64,000 nt of DNA from Eledone cirrhosa (GCA_964016885.1 OZ024740.1:300018001-300082000), one strand, 5' to 3'. Positions 1 to 12,892 are shown, numbered from the stretch's first letter. Numbers and translations: made by a program. Notes: generated from the letters alone by a model not told the origin.

Positions 1-58
1 TATATATATATATATATATGCATATATATATATATGTGTGTGCATGTGTTTGTGTGAT

Positions 59-106
<48 letters not shown>

Positions 107-200
107 TTTATATATATGTATATATATGTGTGTGTATATATGTGTATGTATTATGAGTGCATATATATATATAGACGTATAACGAATAAAATAAAAGAAA

Positions 201-267
<67 letters not shown>

Positions 268-270
268 TAG
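1..270. repeat. (TA)n/(TG)n microsatellite, representative of dozens in the window (longest ~48075-48490)
   Basis: Directly visible; source of the [13 protein letters not shown] pseudo-ORFs. Confidence 0.95.
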
Positions 271-676
271 GTTGCGTACATAAATATACCAAACTCTTTC
301 AGTGATTAGACGAACATTTCATAATGGTAGACACTCATGATAATTCCTTTATTTACCATCGGTGTTAAAAAGAAAAGAAAATTTCAAAGACTACTTGGAA
401 ACAGCAATAAATTAATCAACTTTGCCGCACTCTATCACTTAATACACATGTCTAAAATATAATCTATCGACATCAGGTAAATGCAATATAGACGTTTCCA
501 GACCCATAACTGAATCCGTACATGTTGATTTAAGCGCCTATTGTACCTGTCTGTCCTAAGCTAATAATTTACTCGTGGGAATCGCTTCTATATCTCTTTA
601 GTTTCAAACTCTTCTTTGTTTCTGCTGCTACTGCTGCTGCTGCTGCTGCTACTACTACTACTACTACTACTACTAC

Positions 677-718
<42 letters not shown>

Positions 719-719
719 T

Positions 720-1548
720 TTCTTTATTAACCACAAGGGTTTACATAAAGTAGACATTAAGGACAGTGCAGGACAATACAGGACGGTACAAATGGGCATT
801 TCTGCGTGTAAAAAACAAAAACAGAAGATGTAACAAAAAAATAACAATGAAAAATTCCCCAATAGGGGGGAGAATTCGGAGGGACATTTGTGGAGAAAGC
901 CCAGTAAAAGGCCACAGTGACCCTGACCACCAAGGCAAGTGCCCTCTCCCAGTTTTCCACCTTTAATTTACAGATATATACTCAGAGTAGGCCCATTCAC
1001 TCGGGCCATTCTTGCTTTTCTCACCCATCTTTCAACAAAATGCTGGGAAGAGAGCACTTCCCTCTCTACTCTGATTTTCCTTTTCAAATGAAATTTGAAA
1101 AAGTCAATCAGAGCATCACCGAAGAGGTAAGTGCTCGTCTTCAGCCCTTTCGAACGTGTCCACCATACTATCTCTTTCGCCATGGCCACCAGACAGATAA
1201 AAACTGCCTGCCCTTCCCAGCTAAAGGAGGAGGGCGGGGCAATCCTCACGATGGACTCAGATGATAGCCGGATCCGTCCTACACGCGACAGCAGGTGTTC
1301 GACATAAACCCACAAGTCATCAATTTTCGGACACTGGACGAGTGCGTGCAGGACAGTATCGTCGCCCTGCGCGCATCTCGTACATGCCCGGCTGACGGCA
1401 CCTCCATGCCTGTAGAGTTTATCCAGAACTGGCAAGGCTCCTCGGTAGCACTTCCAGGCCAGAGATTTCTGTAAGTTGTCCATAGACCCTGGCCCGAAAG
1501 TTCTTCCGAAGAGATTGGTTAGTTGATTTTCGTCGACGCTTCCCAAGG
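720..1548 (-). mobile_element. 5'-truncated L1/Tx1-like LINE 3' end (zf-RVT-type C-terminal domain, 3' UTR, simple-repeat tail)
   Basis: ORF 968-1546 has W..YRGALPV...CTRC...DTVLHALVQC...W (CCHC motif downstream of RT in L1/Tx1 ORF2) and AKEIVWWTR; it is followed by a T-rich 3' UTR and a (TAT)n/(TAG)n/(CAG)n tract at ~622-718. Confidence 0.7.
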
Positions 1549-2221
1549 ATCTCCAGTTGATGTTAACTCTGTTTCCCAGGACTTCATAGTTTTGCCCAAC
1601 AACTGTCTGATGTTATCTGCCACCTTGAAGATCTCCAGGCTTTTGGTGATCCAAGAATGAGGCACCATGTCAAATGCCTTTTTGTAGTCTATATATCCCA
1701 TGGCAAGACTAGTGTGTCTCCTCTTGCAATTCCTCATTACCATCTTATCAATAAGTAACTGGTCCTTTGTACCATGTGACTTCTTTCGGCATCCTTTCTG
1801 TTCGTCCGGTAACAAGTTGTTTGTGTGGAGGTGATGGTAGATTTCCTCAGACATAATGCTTGTCAACAGTTTCCACATTACGGACAGACATGTGATAGGT
1901 CTATAGTTGGTAACATCATTACCCTTGATTCGGTCTTTCATTATCAGAACTGTGGTACCTTTTGTCAACCACTCTGGTACCTCACCTGACAACAAGCAGT
2001 CATTGAACATGGTTGTCAGTTTCGGGTGGAGGGATGTTATGTTTTTAATCCAATACCCCTGCACACCATCTGGGCCAGGTGATTTCCAGTTGGTTAGTTT
2101 TTTGGCCTGCCCCTTAAGAGTTTCAACTGTGATACTCAAATCAGTTTGTTGGTGTACCTGTTCACTGATCTCCTTCTGTACTGTCTCAATCCACACTGCC
2201 TGGTCATTATGTTTGACATCC
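1549..2221 (-). pseudogene. R4/Dong-type non-LTR retrotransposon RT fragment (second, divergent family)
   Basis: ORF 1519-2196: NWKSPGPDGVQGYWIK, NYRPITCLSVMWKLLT, EQKGCRK, KDQLLIDK, IDYKKAFDMVPHSW; truncated at both ends. Confidence 0.85.
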
Positions 2222-2226
2222 TTTTT

Positions 2227-2417
2227 GGTAGTATCGGTAGAGGGTCGGACGCCATGCTTTCCAGCATAGTTACGTCCCTTTACGATCTGAGTTCAAATCC
2301 CGCCGAGGTTGACTTTGCCTTTCATCCTTACGGGGTCGATAAAGTAAAGTACCAGTAAGGCCCTGGATAATTGCTGGCCTTGTGCCTAAAGAAGAAACAA
2401 TTATTATTATTATTATT
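2227..2417 (+). mobile_element. tRNA-derived SINE with (TTA)n tail
   Basis: A-box-like tggtagtatcgg, B-box gagttcaaatccc, body gcctttcatccttacggggtcgataaa..agtaccagt, (TTA)n tail; many copies in the window. Confidence 0.85.
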
Positions 2418-5400
2418 ACAGTTGCATTTATCTTGCTTTATGTTCATACGAGTTATCACCAAGTCACAACCAGTGACCTCAAGAGACAACAAGGTCCGCC
2501 ATGTTCAAGATAGAACATACATACTCACACATGCATCTTTAGTGTTTAGACTTGTGATGTACTTATATTGACAGAATCTTCCTTAGTATATGGGCAGTTC
2601 CCATTAGTACTATCTTTTGTATTTCTCCTATACGCGGGTTTCCTGGGATTTGCGATCAGTAATCAATAGACCCCTTAGGTATCATTCCCAGAGCGCCTAC
2701 AACCACTGGTATTGTTTTAGTTCTCAATTTCCACATTTTTCCAATTTCTATCTCCTGGTCCTTATACTTGCTCAATTTTTCAAATGTTTTTATAGATACA
2801 TTCTTGTCTATTGGAACAGACATATCAATTAGCAGGCATACCCTCTTTTTAAAGTCCTTCAATATTATATCAGGTCTATTTGCATCTATTTTTCGGTCTG
2901 TTTGGATGCTAAAGTTCCACAGGATTGATATGTGATCTTTTTGAAGTATGGGAGGTGGTTGATGCTCCCACCAATTCTTTTGATGGGGCAGGTCAAAATG
3001 CTTACACATTATCCAATGTATGTATTGTGCAGCTCTGTCATGCCTGTTTAGGTATTCGGTTAGAGCTATAGGACTGCACATTGAAATTATATGGTCAATG
3101 GTCTCTGGTTGTTTTTTGCATACACGGCATAATGGGCTGCATCCATTTTTTATTATGTTGGCTTGGTAATTTTTTATTGGGAGACACTGATCTTCTGCCG
3201 ATATAATCAGTCCTTCAGTCTCCGATTTCAGTCCAGAGGATGCCAACCACTGATGGGTTAAAGTTTTGTCAACATCAGGATTGTTAGCTCGCTCTGGGTA
3301 TTTTCCATACAGAGGCTTTTCTTGCCATTTCTTAGCCAGTTTCTGTAGCAGTTCTTTCTTTGCAGTTACTTTTACCTGCTTTGCTTTTTCTGTGTTTTCC
3401 ATTTCAGCAGTAAATGGGACTTCTGAAATTTGTAGTCCATTACTGTATCTTTGTGCATCTTTTGTAATGGAATATGATCTTTTGATGCTTTCGTGTTTCA
3501 AAACGAGTTTGATCATCCAATTATGTGATTCCCTTAGATATGTAGATAATCCAATTGTTGCAGTTTTCAACGCAATGTCTAACTGGATTAACCCACGTCC
3601 TCCTTCTTTCCTAGGGAGATATATTCTATCTATATCTGCTTTAGGGTGATGCATTCTGTGCATGGTTAAGAATTTTCGAATTTTTGTATCGAGCCTACGG
3701 ATCTCTGTGCTTGACCAGTTGATGACATTGTAACTGTAGGTTACTACTGGTATGGTAAGCGTGTTTATGGCATCGATCCTTGCATTCAATTCCGTTTTTA
3801 AGATTGCTCTCACTCTGCGGTAACATTCCTTCCTTATCCTTTCCCTCATTGTCGAGTGCTTGATTCCGTCTCCTTCACAAACACCTAGATATTTGTAAGT
3901 TTTTTCTTGATCAAGTTCTCTTATCACGTTCCCCCGATCAAGATTAATGTCTGAACTCTTCAGCAGCTTTCCTCTGGTGAACGTTGCTTTGGCGCATTTA
4001 TCTAGTCCAAACTCCATTTTAATGTCATCACTGAACTGCTTCACAGTGGATAATAGCCCTTGCAATTGTTCATCATTTTTTTGCAAATAGTTTCAGGTCA
4101 TCCATGTAGAACAGGTGATTAATGGTTTTGTCATAGACTTTATATCCATGTTTTGTTTCATTGAGCATTTTACTTAATGGTATAAGTGCGATGCAGAATA
4201 AAAGCGGTGATAAAGAGTCACCCTGAAAAATTCCACACTTAATATTAACCTCTTCAGCTTCCAGTGATTTTGTTTCACTATTCAAAAGGAGTGTCGTTTT
4301 CCATGTCTTCATACTGAATGACAAAAACCTCCTGACAACGGGGGATATTTTGAAAATCTCTAAACATTTTTCAATCCAACTGTGTGGCAAACTATCAAAT
4401 GCTTATTTATAATCTATCCAAGCAATCGATAGATTTTTGTGTCTATTATGACAATCTTCCAGTATCATATTGTTAACCAGAAGCTGATCCTTACAGCCAT
4501 ATGAGCCTCGTTTACACCCTTTCTGCTCAATGGGAAATAGGTCATTTGTTATCAGGTGGTCATATGTGTATTCAGTTATGACTGATGTTAAAATTTTATA
4601 CATTGTGGTCAAGCAAGTTATCGGTCTGTAATTTTTGGGATTGTTTGTCTCATCATTCTTCGGAAGCAGGAATGTAATGCCGTTAACTAGCCATGATGGT
4701 ATCTTTTCTGGCTCCTTAACTATTTCATTGTAAAGTTGGGCTAACAGCTCATGAGACTCTGTGAAGGCATTTATCCAAAAGTTTTGTATTTTGTCTTTTC
4801 CTGGGGATTTCCATTTGCTGGTTTTTCTTAGAGCCAAGCGCAACTGTTCAACTGTTATATTTTCCCATGTTTGTTCCTCAAGGTGAGCTGTATCTTTCAT
4901 TTGTCTGTCTATCCATGGGACATGTATGTTATGAACTTTTTCTTCGGCCCAGATCTTTTCCCAGAATTCTTGCACTTCCTCCTTGGGTGGTATTGATTTA
5001 GCAGTTATTGTTGACTTACCAATTTTTCTGTAGAAGTTTCTTTGGTTGTTTTTGAACATATTATTGTCCTTATAGAATCTAGATCGTTTTTCAAAGCGCC
5101 TTATACGAGCAGCTTTGGCCGACACTTTTTGCTTGATTATTTCTATCAGCATGTCTATGTCACATGTTGATTTTATACTGTACTTCTTTTTCAATTTTCT
5201 AAGTTTAGTTTGTTTAACATGTTCACCTACTTTATAGTTTGTTAAAATTTCTATGTCAGATCGGAGAAGGTTTATTTGGCGATTGATGTTCTCTTGCCAA
5301 GTAGATTTCTTGTGGGAATTCCTTTGTTTTTTCATCTTCACTCCACATAAGTGAGTGGTGACTCTAGTCGATGCATAATAGAGATGATTTAAATCAGTAA

Positions 5401-6305
5401 TGTTTAGTTTGTTTGTGATGATAATGTTTTTGAGAATTATGTTAGTCTTGTGTATTATCTTTTGGTTCTGTTTTGAGTTCTGGATCTTAGGGAGGGTGTC
5501 TCGTTGCCCCATGTCAGATTCTTTCATTTTCATCCATTCGATCATAATTTCATCCTTCAAGTTGGCAAGTTCATTCTCATTCATTTCTTTATCATTTACG
5601 ATCTCATTATTTTCATTTGGAGTTTCATCCTGAGCATGCACTCCCTCCACTTTTTCGATCCTTTCTTTAATTTTTTCTGTTGCCAGTGATTCCGCCCCAA
5701 CCCTGGGATTCGAAGTGTTACAGTTTACCTCGTTTTCACTGACACATGTTTCATTTTCCCCTCGCTGACTTTGTGCTAATAGCTTGATCTGATCAATTTC
5801 TATATTAGTTAGTAACTTTTTTCTTACAATATTTCTTCGTATATTGGCTAGTTTGTTGCTGTCAATATAGCCTCTTTTTTCGGGATGTTTCTTTTTCCAG
5901 TTGATATATGTCTGTTCTGTATTCGATGTATTTGATGGGTAGTACATGGCAGTGTAGAAAGCCTCAAGGACTTCTTTATTATCTTCCCTTGACCATTTTT
6001 CTCTATTTTTCTTTGGATTTCTTGGTGGTGAGCATGGAGGGCCAACAGTAGGAGTATTCCGGTTATGGGAGGTCTCCAGCTCCGAAGTGATGGGAAGGTT
6101 TGAACCATTAGCTAATTTTTCGACCCCAGTCTGGTTCCTCTCTGAGGGACGCGGCCCTTTTTTACCCGGGTGACGGCCGATCCGGTATGAGATTTTACCG
6201 CCATCCCGGTATTTCTTGGTCGCGGGGTTTTGATTTTGTTGTTTTTTTAAATTGTTATTATCATGAGTGGTTCCTTAATGTGAGCATTGCGTGGCTTAAG
6301 AATGA
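2418..6305 (-). mobile_element. Near full-length R4/Dong-clade non-LTR retrotransposon (RT + CCHC + restriction-like endonuclease), inactivated
   Basis: One ORF from ~6260 to 2563, split by a nonsense codon at ~4403 (IDYK*AFDSLPHSW) and frameshifts at ~4080 and ~2656; motifs KWKSPGKD, YRPITCL, GIFQGDSLSPLLF, HLFYMDDLKL, GGRGL, CRVC..ETIDHIISMC, RHD, RPDII..LIDMSVP..K..KY; the 3' end abuts (TAA)n. Confidence 0.93.
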
Positions 6306-6365
6306 AATTATTAATAATTGTCTCCACTCCAGGCACAAGGCCAGCAATCACCCAGTGCATTACAA
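6306..6365 (-). mobile_element. SINE 3' fragment
   Basis: Reverse complement of the SINE tail (gtaatgcactgggtgattgctggccttgtgcc...acaattatt). Confidence 0.65.
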
Positions 6366-7184
6366 TAATATAATATACTTTTTATTGTGGTTGGCTGTTA
6401 TTGTTGTTGGCTATGTCGGTGGTGGTGCCGGGGCTTTTTATATTGTTGGTGAGGAAGGGGTGAGCCAGCAGTCCCATAATTGTTGATGTGGCCAGGTCAC
6501 TAAGTCAATCTATTTATATCTTTTGCTAGCCTCTCCCTTGTCTAGTGATACCGCCACCTTCCCCTTTCTCTCTCAAGTTAACAGGGGAATAGTGGTGGTA
6601 GCATTGAAGGAGTGGTGGCGGCGGGGAGATGTGGGAGACAGTAGCGACGGTATCGATACTGAGACAGTGGTGGTGGTGATGTCGATACCGAGGCAGTGGT
6701 GGCGGTGATGTGATCGTATTACTGTAGCGATGGTGTTGTAGCGGTGGCAGCAATGAGGGAGTGGTGGCAGCGGTGATGGGATAGTGGTGGTAATGATGGC
6801 AGTAGTGAGTGGTGGTAGTGAAATTGCCGTTATCTGGCTGTTGTGTTTAGTGTACACAGAGAGGTGATGGGGTAGGTGTTGTATCTAGTTTCTGGTGTTG
6901 TTTGGCTGTTCTATATAGCGTAGACAGAGGAGGGGGTGGTCTTCTTCCATTTATAGCCATTTTCTTTTTTGAATATACAATGTACAATACAAAGTTGAAT
7001 ATTTGAATATTTGAGCCTTATAACAATATATTTTGGGTCCGAATTTTTTTGGGGCTCAAGCCGGATGCTTTACGTAGCATTTGTACTAAGAGTTGTTATT
7101 TCACAAATGATTTAAATATGTTAAAAATTCAAAACTTACGGGAGCGATTTCATGACCTTCTACCACCTCGTGCGTCTTCTTCCC

Positions 7185-7266
<82 letters not shown>

Positions 7267-7290
7267 ATATGGTTAAAAGTGTTCCATGTA

Positions 7291-7357
7291 TTTTATTATG
7301 CGCATTTCAAAAACAAATATCATCATGGGATGATATTTGCGTTCTCATCAGATAAAA
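7291..7357 (-). ncRNA. Type I minimal hammerhead ribozyme in the Naiad-like PLE terminal repeat
   Basis: Minus strand: ttttat-CTGATGA-gaacgcaaatatcatc(ccat)gatgatatttgtttt-t-GAAA-tgcgca-TA-ataaaa; stems I and II pair, stem III is palindromic. Confidence 0.85.
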
Positions 7358-10300
7358 TAGGGAGACATGATATGAAGCTTAAAAAGCCCTTGCTAGCAGT
7401 GAAGTGTTAAATCAATATACGAAAAATAAAATAAGATGGATATATGAGATTGGAAAAAAAAAAGACAGGAAGGGGGAAAGAAAAGGTAAGGAAGAGGAAG
7501 AAAGAATATAGATAGAAGAAAAAAAAATAATAAGGAAAGGATGACCGAGGAGGAATATAAGAAGGAAGGATGAGAGAGGAGATAATGAGTGAGAGAGAGA
7601 GAGATAACCTTTAATACTGAGAAACACTGTCTCACAGATAAAAATTATAGAAAAACCGTTGTAAGATAATACATAATTTAAAAAAATTAGAAATTAAAAG
7701 TTAATGAGGTTTATCAATGGTGATGCTAATGATTAAAGAAAAAGGAATTAAGAATACTAATTATTGAAGGGTTTAATAAGATGTGCGAAAAGGAATTTAT
7801 TAAAATGCATTATTAAAATAAAATATATTAAGAAGATAAGGTGAATGAAGATAAGGTTAATTGAATTATGAACTTAGAGGAATTAATTAGAGTCGAAGTT
7901 TGTTTCTATATATTGTAATAGGAAAAAGTAAATAATAGATTTAATACGAGCATGGAAGGAGAGAACAAAGAAGAAAAAATTCATGGAAGAAAAAATATAT
8001 AACGTCAAAAAAATATGTTTACAAAATTTTTCTAATGGTAATATTAAAAATAAAAATTTGTATGGCCGAGAATATAAGGAAAATGCTATAGTGAGTTATA
8101 AGATGAATTAAGAAGGAATTGAGAAGTAAAAGTTGCAGATTAAAGATTAGAAATTAAAAAAGAAGAAAATTAGGGGACCGCTAACGACATAATATGAGTA
8201 ATATTGTATAATATACTGAAATAAGGTAGAATGATGCTTATATTTGTAAAAAATATAAAAGCGTTTGAAAAAAAAAAGATTTTAAACTAATTAGGTAGTA
8301 AGATATTAGCTGTATACTTTATGGAAAGTTCTATGGGATTTATGCAAACAGAACGAAAATAAGTCCGTACGTCTATTTATTATAGAATTACAATTAGAGA
8401 TAATGCTAAATTTCTCCGCTAAACAGAGATTACATGTTCTGGATAGGAAAGAATTAAGGTAAGGACAGGCATTGCAAACGTGTGTCCAAGAATGTTGTAG
8501 TTAATATTTTTGTCCTTTAAGGACCATATGAGTTCTGAGAGTGGTGTGTTTGTTCTTTTAAGTTGGTATTTAAAAGAAGAATTGTGATTATAAAATCCTG
8601 CCTTAAAGGAAGTGGAAGTGGAACCAAAATAGGTAAAAGAATTAGTACCAGTTATAACCTTACATTCATGCACTAAATTTTTATCAAGACATTAGTTACT
8701 AAGAGGACATTTAGTTCTAACAGGGCAATTGCAATTACGATTACTGAAATTACCAGAGTTATTAGCAAGTGACCCAGTATTATTTATAGAAGGAGTTGAA
8801 TTGGAGAAGTTACTTATGATAGGTGCTAACATTTCCTGATTTAGATTGGTATTATGAACATTCGACAAAGTTACGTTTGACGTCGTATTTAAAATTACAG
8901 AATCTAGCCTAGAGTTCAGATTGACGTCCGGCTTACTATTGTTATTATTATGACGCTCAGTGTTGGATGGGTATGATTTATTACTTAATATTTTAGTATT
9001 ATGTTTTGAGATAATGTTAGCGATGGTGGAATAAGAGAATTTAATTGTTTGCTTATTAAAGATCTTAATATAAATATGAGGGAAGCATTTATCTAAGGCC
9101 CTAAAAAATAGTTTAGGAATATTACTAATAATAGATAGAGGAAAAGGAGCGTTGTACCATATCATATTTTTATATCTAGGTCTTTTCTTTATACTATTGG
9201 AATGCTTATAACTAACTATATTACTATAAGTTCCTCCATGATTGGTTTCTTTACTGTATTTAATTTTGTCAGGATAACCGGCCCTGGAAAGCGCATTGTT
9301 GTAATAATTGGCTTTAGTGTCAAAGATAAGTTTATTAGAAGATAGATTTGAGATTCCTTTTTCAACATTACTGTCTATAGCATTTTTAACGTTAATAGGG
9401 TGGTTAGATTTAAAATTAACATAATTTAGATTATCATTGTCTTTATGGTAAGGCTAATATAGGCCGGCGTCAAAATTAAAGATATATCCAGGAAATTAGC
9501 TAGTTTGACGTTTTTTTCAAATTCAATTTTTAGGTTATGGTGCTTAAATAGATCAAGTATATTATTTTTAATAATATTAAGGTTAACTAAGTTACAGTTT
9601 AAGACAGTAAAAAGAGAATCGTCACGATAAATTCCACCGCGAAGTTGAGGAATTTTCCGATTTAAAGAGTTCAAAATAAGGATTCCAACCAAGTCCGTCA
9701 ATTGCGCTGAATCCGACGAACCCATTGTGATATCAAAATTGTTGGAAGTATCAGCTCTAGTCCAATATTCGTTGTTGAATTCCAGGATAGTTGTTACTTG
9801 CGGTGAGAATGATGTACAATTCATCTGTCGTGATGTCAGAATATTTAAATGCAAAAGAGAGAGCGTTGTTGAGGAGTGAAGGCGAAATGGTAGAATAGTA
9901 ACTGGCAATGTCAAACTGAATACATTTTTGTTTGTTTTTATTATTCAGGTCATTGAACCAGTCGATTACATCAGATGTACCAATCCTTAAATTAGCACTC
10001 AACAGTTTATAGGACTGGAGTATAAATAATATAAAATAATTGCTCTATTTCTAACTTAAATTTATGGATTGGTACATCTGATGTAATTGACCGGTTCAAT
10101 GACCTGAATAATAAAAACAAAAGTATTAAAAGTTATCTCTCTCTCACGCATTTTCTCCTCCTCTCTCATCCTTCCTTCTTATACTACTGCTCCGTCATCC
10201 TTTCCTTATTATTATATATTTTTTCTTCTATCTATATTCTTTCTCCCTCTTCCTTACCTTTTCTTTCCCCATTCCTTTCCTTTTTTTCCAATCTCATATA

Positions 10301-10383
10301 TCCATCTTATTTTATTTTTCATATGTTGATTTAACACTTCACTCTTCGCAAGTGTTTTTTAAGCTTCATATCATGTCAGCCTT

Positions 10384-10450
10384 TTTTATCTGATGAGAAC
10401 GCAAATATCATCCCATGATGATATTTGTTTTTGAAATGCGCATAATAAAA
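10384..10450 (+). ncRNA. Type I minimal hammerhead ribozyme (inverted repeat copy)
   Basis: Same motif as 7291-7357 on the + strand; CTGATGA at 10390, GAAA at 10433. Confidence 0.85.
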
Positions 10451-10625
10451 TACATGGAGCTCTTTTCACCATCTTTTGATTTTATATTATTTATACTCCA
10501 GTCCTATAAACTATTGAGTGCTACTTATCCGGTATTTGCATTGCTTTATTGTGCTGCAATAAAACTCACCTCCTACATATATATAATATTATATATATCA
10601 TATTATAATAATAATAATAATAATA

Positions 10626-10669
<44 letters not shown>

Positions 10670-10671
<2 letters not shown>

Positions 10672-10815
10672 CCTTTATGATCTGAGTTCAAATCCCGCCG
10701 AGGTTAACTTTGCCTTTCATCCTTACAGGGTCTATAAAAGAAAGTACCAGTAATACACTGGAATAATTGCTGGCCTTGTGCCAAAAGTAGAAACAATTAT
10801 TATTATTATTATTAT
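10670..10815 (+). mobile_element. 5'-truncated tRNA-derived SINE
   Basis: gagttcaaatcccgccgaggttaactttgcctttcatcc... followed by (TTA)n. Confidence 0.8.
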
Positions 10816-11072
10816 TAATATATATATATATATATATACAATATAAATAAATACACAGATACATGCGAATACATACATATACATGCATATACACACATAT
10901 ATCCCTGAATTTGTGTGGTGCCAACCTTAACCGTTGTTGTTCTATGATTAAAGGGACAAAATAATCTGAATGAATTAGATTGACTCTATATCAGAGCTAT
11001 ATATTACATTATAAAGAAAGAAGAAACATTAGACATAAACAAAAAAATATAAATACCCAATATTCCTCTACA

Positions 11073-11164
11073 TTCTCGACTGCACAGTTTCGTGGCTACT
11101 TTGAAAAAATACTACATCATAGAGATGCAGTATTTCTGTGAGGTTTGCCAACTTATCAAGAGAA
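11073..11164 (-). ncRNA. Hammerhead ribozyme, U3-A8 core variant
   Basis: Reverse complement of the motif at 11389-11480. Confidence 0.75.
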
Positions 11165-11388
11165 ATTTAAAGTTTCAAAATACGTCTGCAAGACGCGAGA
11201 CAGAACCCGTAAAGGCATAGGGGGAACTTATCACGTGATTGAGCGGTCAAGAAACAGAGTTAAGCCTCTTACAACCAAGAGAAAAATACCACAATGGCGG
11301 AGGGGTATTAATATCTAGGCTACAGACGAGGTGGCTAAGGAGGGCTAGAAGTGTAAATAGTGTAAGCTTTACAGCAGTAAATGAGGTA

Positions 11389-11480
11389 TTCTCTTGATAA
11401 GTTGGCAAACCTCACAGAAATACTGCATCTCTATGATGTAGTATTTTTGCAAAGTAGCCACGAAACTGTGCAGTCGAGAA
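11389..11480 (+). ncRNA. Hammerhead ribozyme, U3-A8 core variant with extended stem II
   Basis: ttctc-TTGATAA-gttggc...aaatactgcatc(tctat)gatgtagtattt...gccac-GAAA-ctgtgcag-TC-gagaa; perfect 5-bp stem I, GUC triplet. Confidence 0.78.
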
Positions 11481-11976
11481 GTAGAGGATATTGGGTATTT
11501 AAAGTGTTTTTATTTATGTCTAATGTTTCTTCATTTTTATAATGTATTATATAGCTCTGATATAGAGTCAATCTAATTCATTCAGATTATTTTGTCCCTA
11601 TTAATCATAGAGCAACAACGGTTATGTTTGGCACTATACACATTCAGGGATATATGTGTGTATATGCATGTATATGTATGTATTCGCATGTATCTGTGTA
11701 TTTCTTTATATTGTTTATAACTCCTTACGTTAGAGTAACCACGGAAGAATAGTGATTGCTGTCAAGCTTACACTATTTACACTTCTAGCCCTCCTTAGCC
11801 ACCTCGTCTGTAGCCTAGATATTAATACCCCCTCCACCATTGTGGTATTTTTTTCTTGGTTGTAAGAGGCTTAACTCTGTTTCTTCATCGCTGTATCACG
11901 TGATAGGTTCCCCCTCCGCCTTCGGGGTTCTCTCTCTCGCATCATGCAGACATATTTTGAAACTGTAAATGAGGTA

Positions 11977-12069
11977 TCCTCTTGATAAGTTGGCAAACCT
12001 CACAGAAATACTGCATCTCTATGATGTAGTGTTTTTTGCAAAGCAGCCACGAAACTGTGCAGTCGAGAA
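11977..12069 (+). ncRNA. Hammerhead ribozyme, U3-A8 core variant (tandem copy)
   Basis: tcctc-TTGATAA...GAAA-ctgtgcag-TC-gagaa. Confidence 0.75.
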
Positions 12070-12136
12070 AGTAGAGGAATATTGGGTATATATATTTTTT
12101 GTATTTATGTCTAATGTTTCTTCTTTCTTTATAATG

Positions 12137-12220
<84 letters not shown>

Positions 12221-12795
12221 TGCAGCTTCATTTTATTCTTTATTTGTATCTGTACCCAGACGTGCCCGGAATAATTAATACTTAAAATAAATATAACCAG
12301 GTATATTCTAATTTGAATGAATTGCATTAGGACAAAATATGATGACAATTTATTGTTTCGAGAATATTGCTTCTCATAGAATTGTTGTACATAAGCAAGA
12401 TATGCTGTAAGTTTATCTTTAAAAAATGTACAGAATATATGTTACGAAATATATAACCAAAATATAAACGCTTTTTTTATTTTTTTAAGCAGGTTATTTT
12501 CCTTGCAAAATGCTGTTCTACAGGAAATAATTACTCCAAATGAACGAATTCCCCAACTAGCAATTTTCATCTATGTGAATCTCAATAATTGTAGTCATGC
12601 AATATTTTTATGTTTTGTGCCTAAAGCTAAACATAAAGCGGTAAGTATAATTAGTTACAACAGTGACAGTTTTTCCCCTCTTACATAACAGGCACAATGA
12701 GTTGGGATGTATAACTGAACGAAACAAAAGTAGCTCTATATGTCACTGTTATAACACATTTTATATATCCCTTTTCAAATAAATATATGCCTCTA

Positions 12796-12892
<97 letters not shown>

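Larger units (their letters stand above)
7270..10472 (-). mobile_element. Penelope-like element, Naiad-like, 5'-truncated, with inverted terminal repeats (7270-7618 / 10123-10472)
   Basis: Fragmented ORF ~8310-10002: IQFDIASYYSTI, MGSSDSAQLTDLVG, GIYRDD, NFLDI, IWYNAPF, NCNC...CPL..KC, YFGSTSTSFK..FYNH..SF (GIY-YIG), CNLCLAEK; ~345-bp inverted repeat visible at both ends. Confidence 0.85.
10836..12140. repeat. Non-coding ~590-bp hammerhead-containing repeat: one inverted copy (10836-11376) followed by a direct tandem (11377-12140)
   Basis: 10836-11165 is the reverse complement of 11389-11715; 11170-11376 is the reverse complement of 11757-11965; 11377-11550 is repeated at 11965-12140. Confidence 0.85.

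Noticed and set aside
38-283. Numerous YIYI/THTH/SLSL/poly-L, -I or -K ORFs across the window
   Set aside because: They are translations of di- and trinucleotide microsatellites with no coding signal
2227-2310. tRNA gene
   Set aside because: The A/B boxes belong to a multicopy SINE head and no complete cloverleaf forms
6400-6900. GGT/GTG-rich ORFs (poly-Val/Thr/Pro/His)
   Set aside because: Decayed trinucleotide low-complexity DNA with no domain motifs
8310-9165. Selenoprotein recoding as reported for some Naiad PLEs
   Set aside because: The visible Cys motifs use normal Cys codons, the breaks I examined look like frameshifts, and no SECIS could be identified by eye
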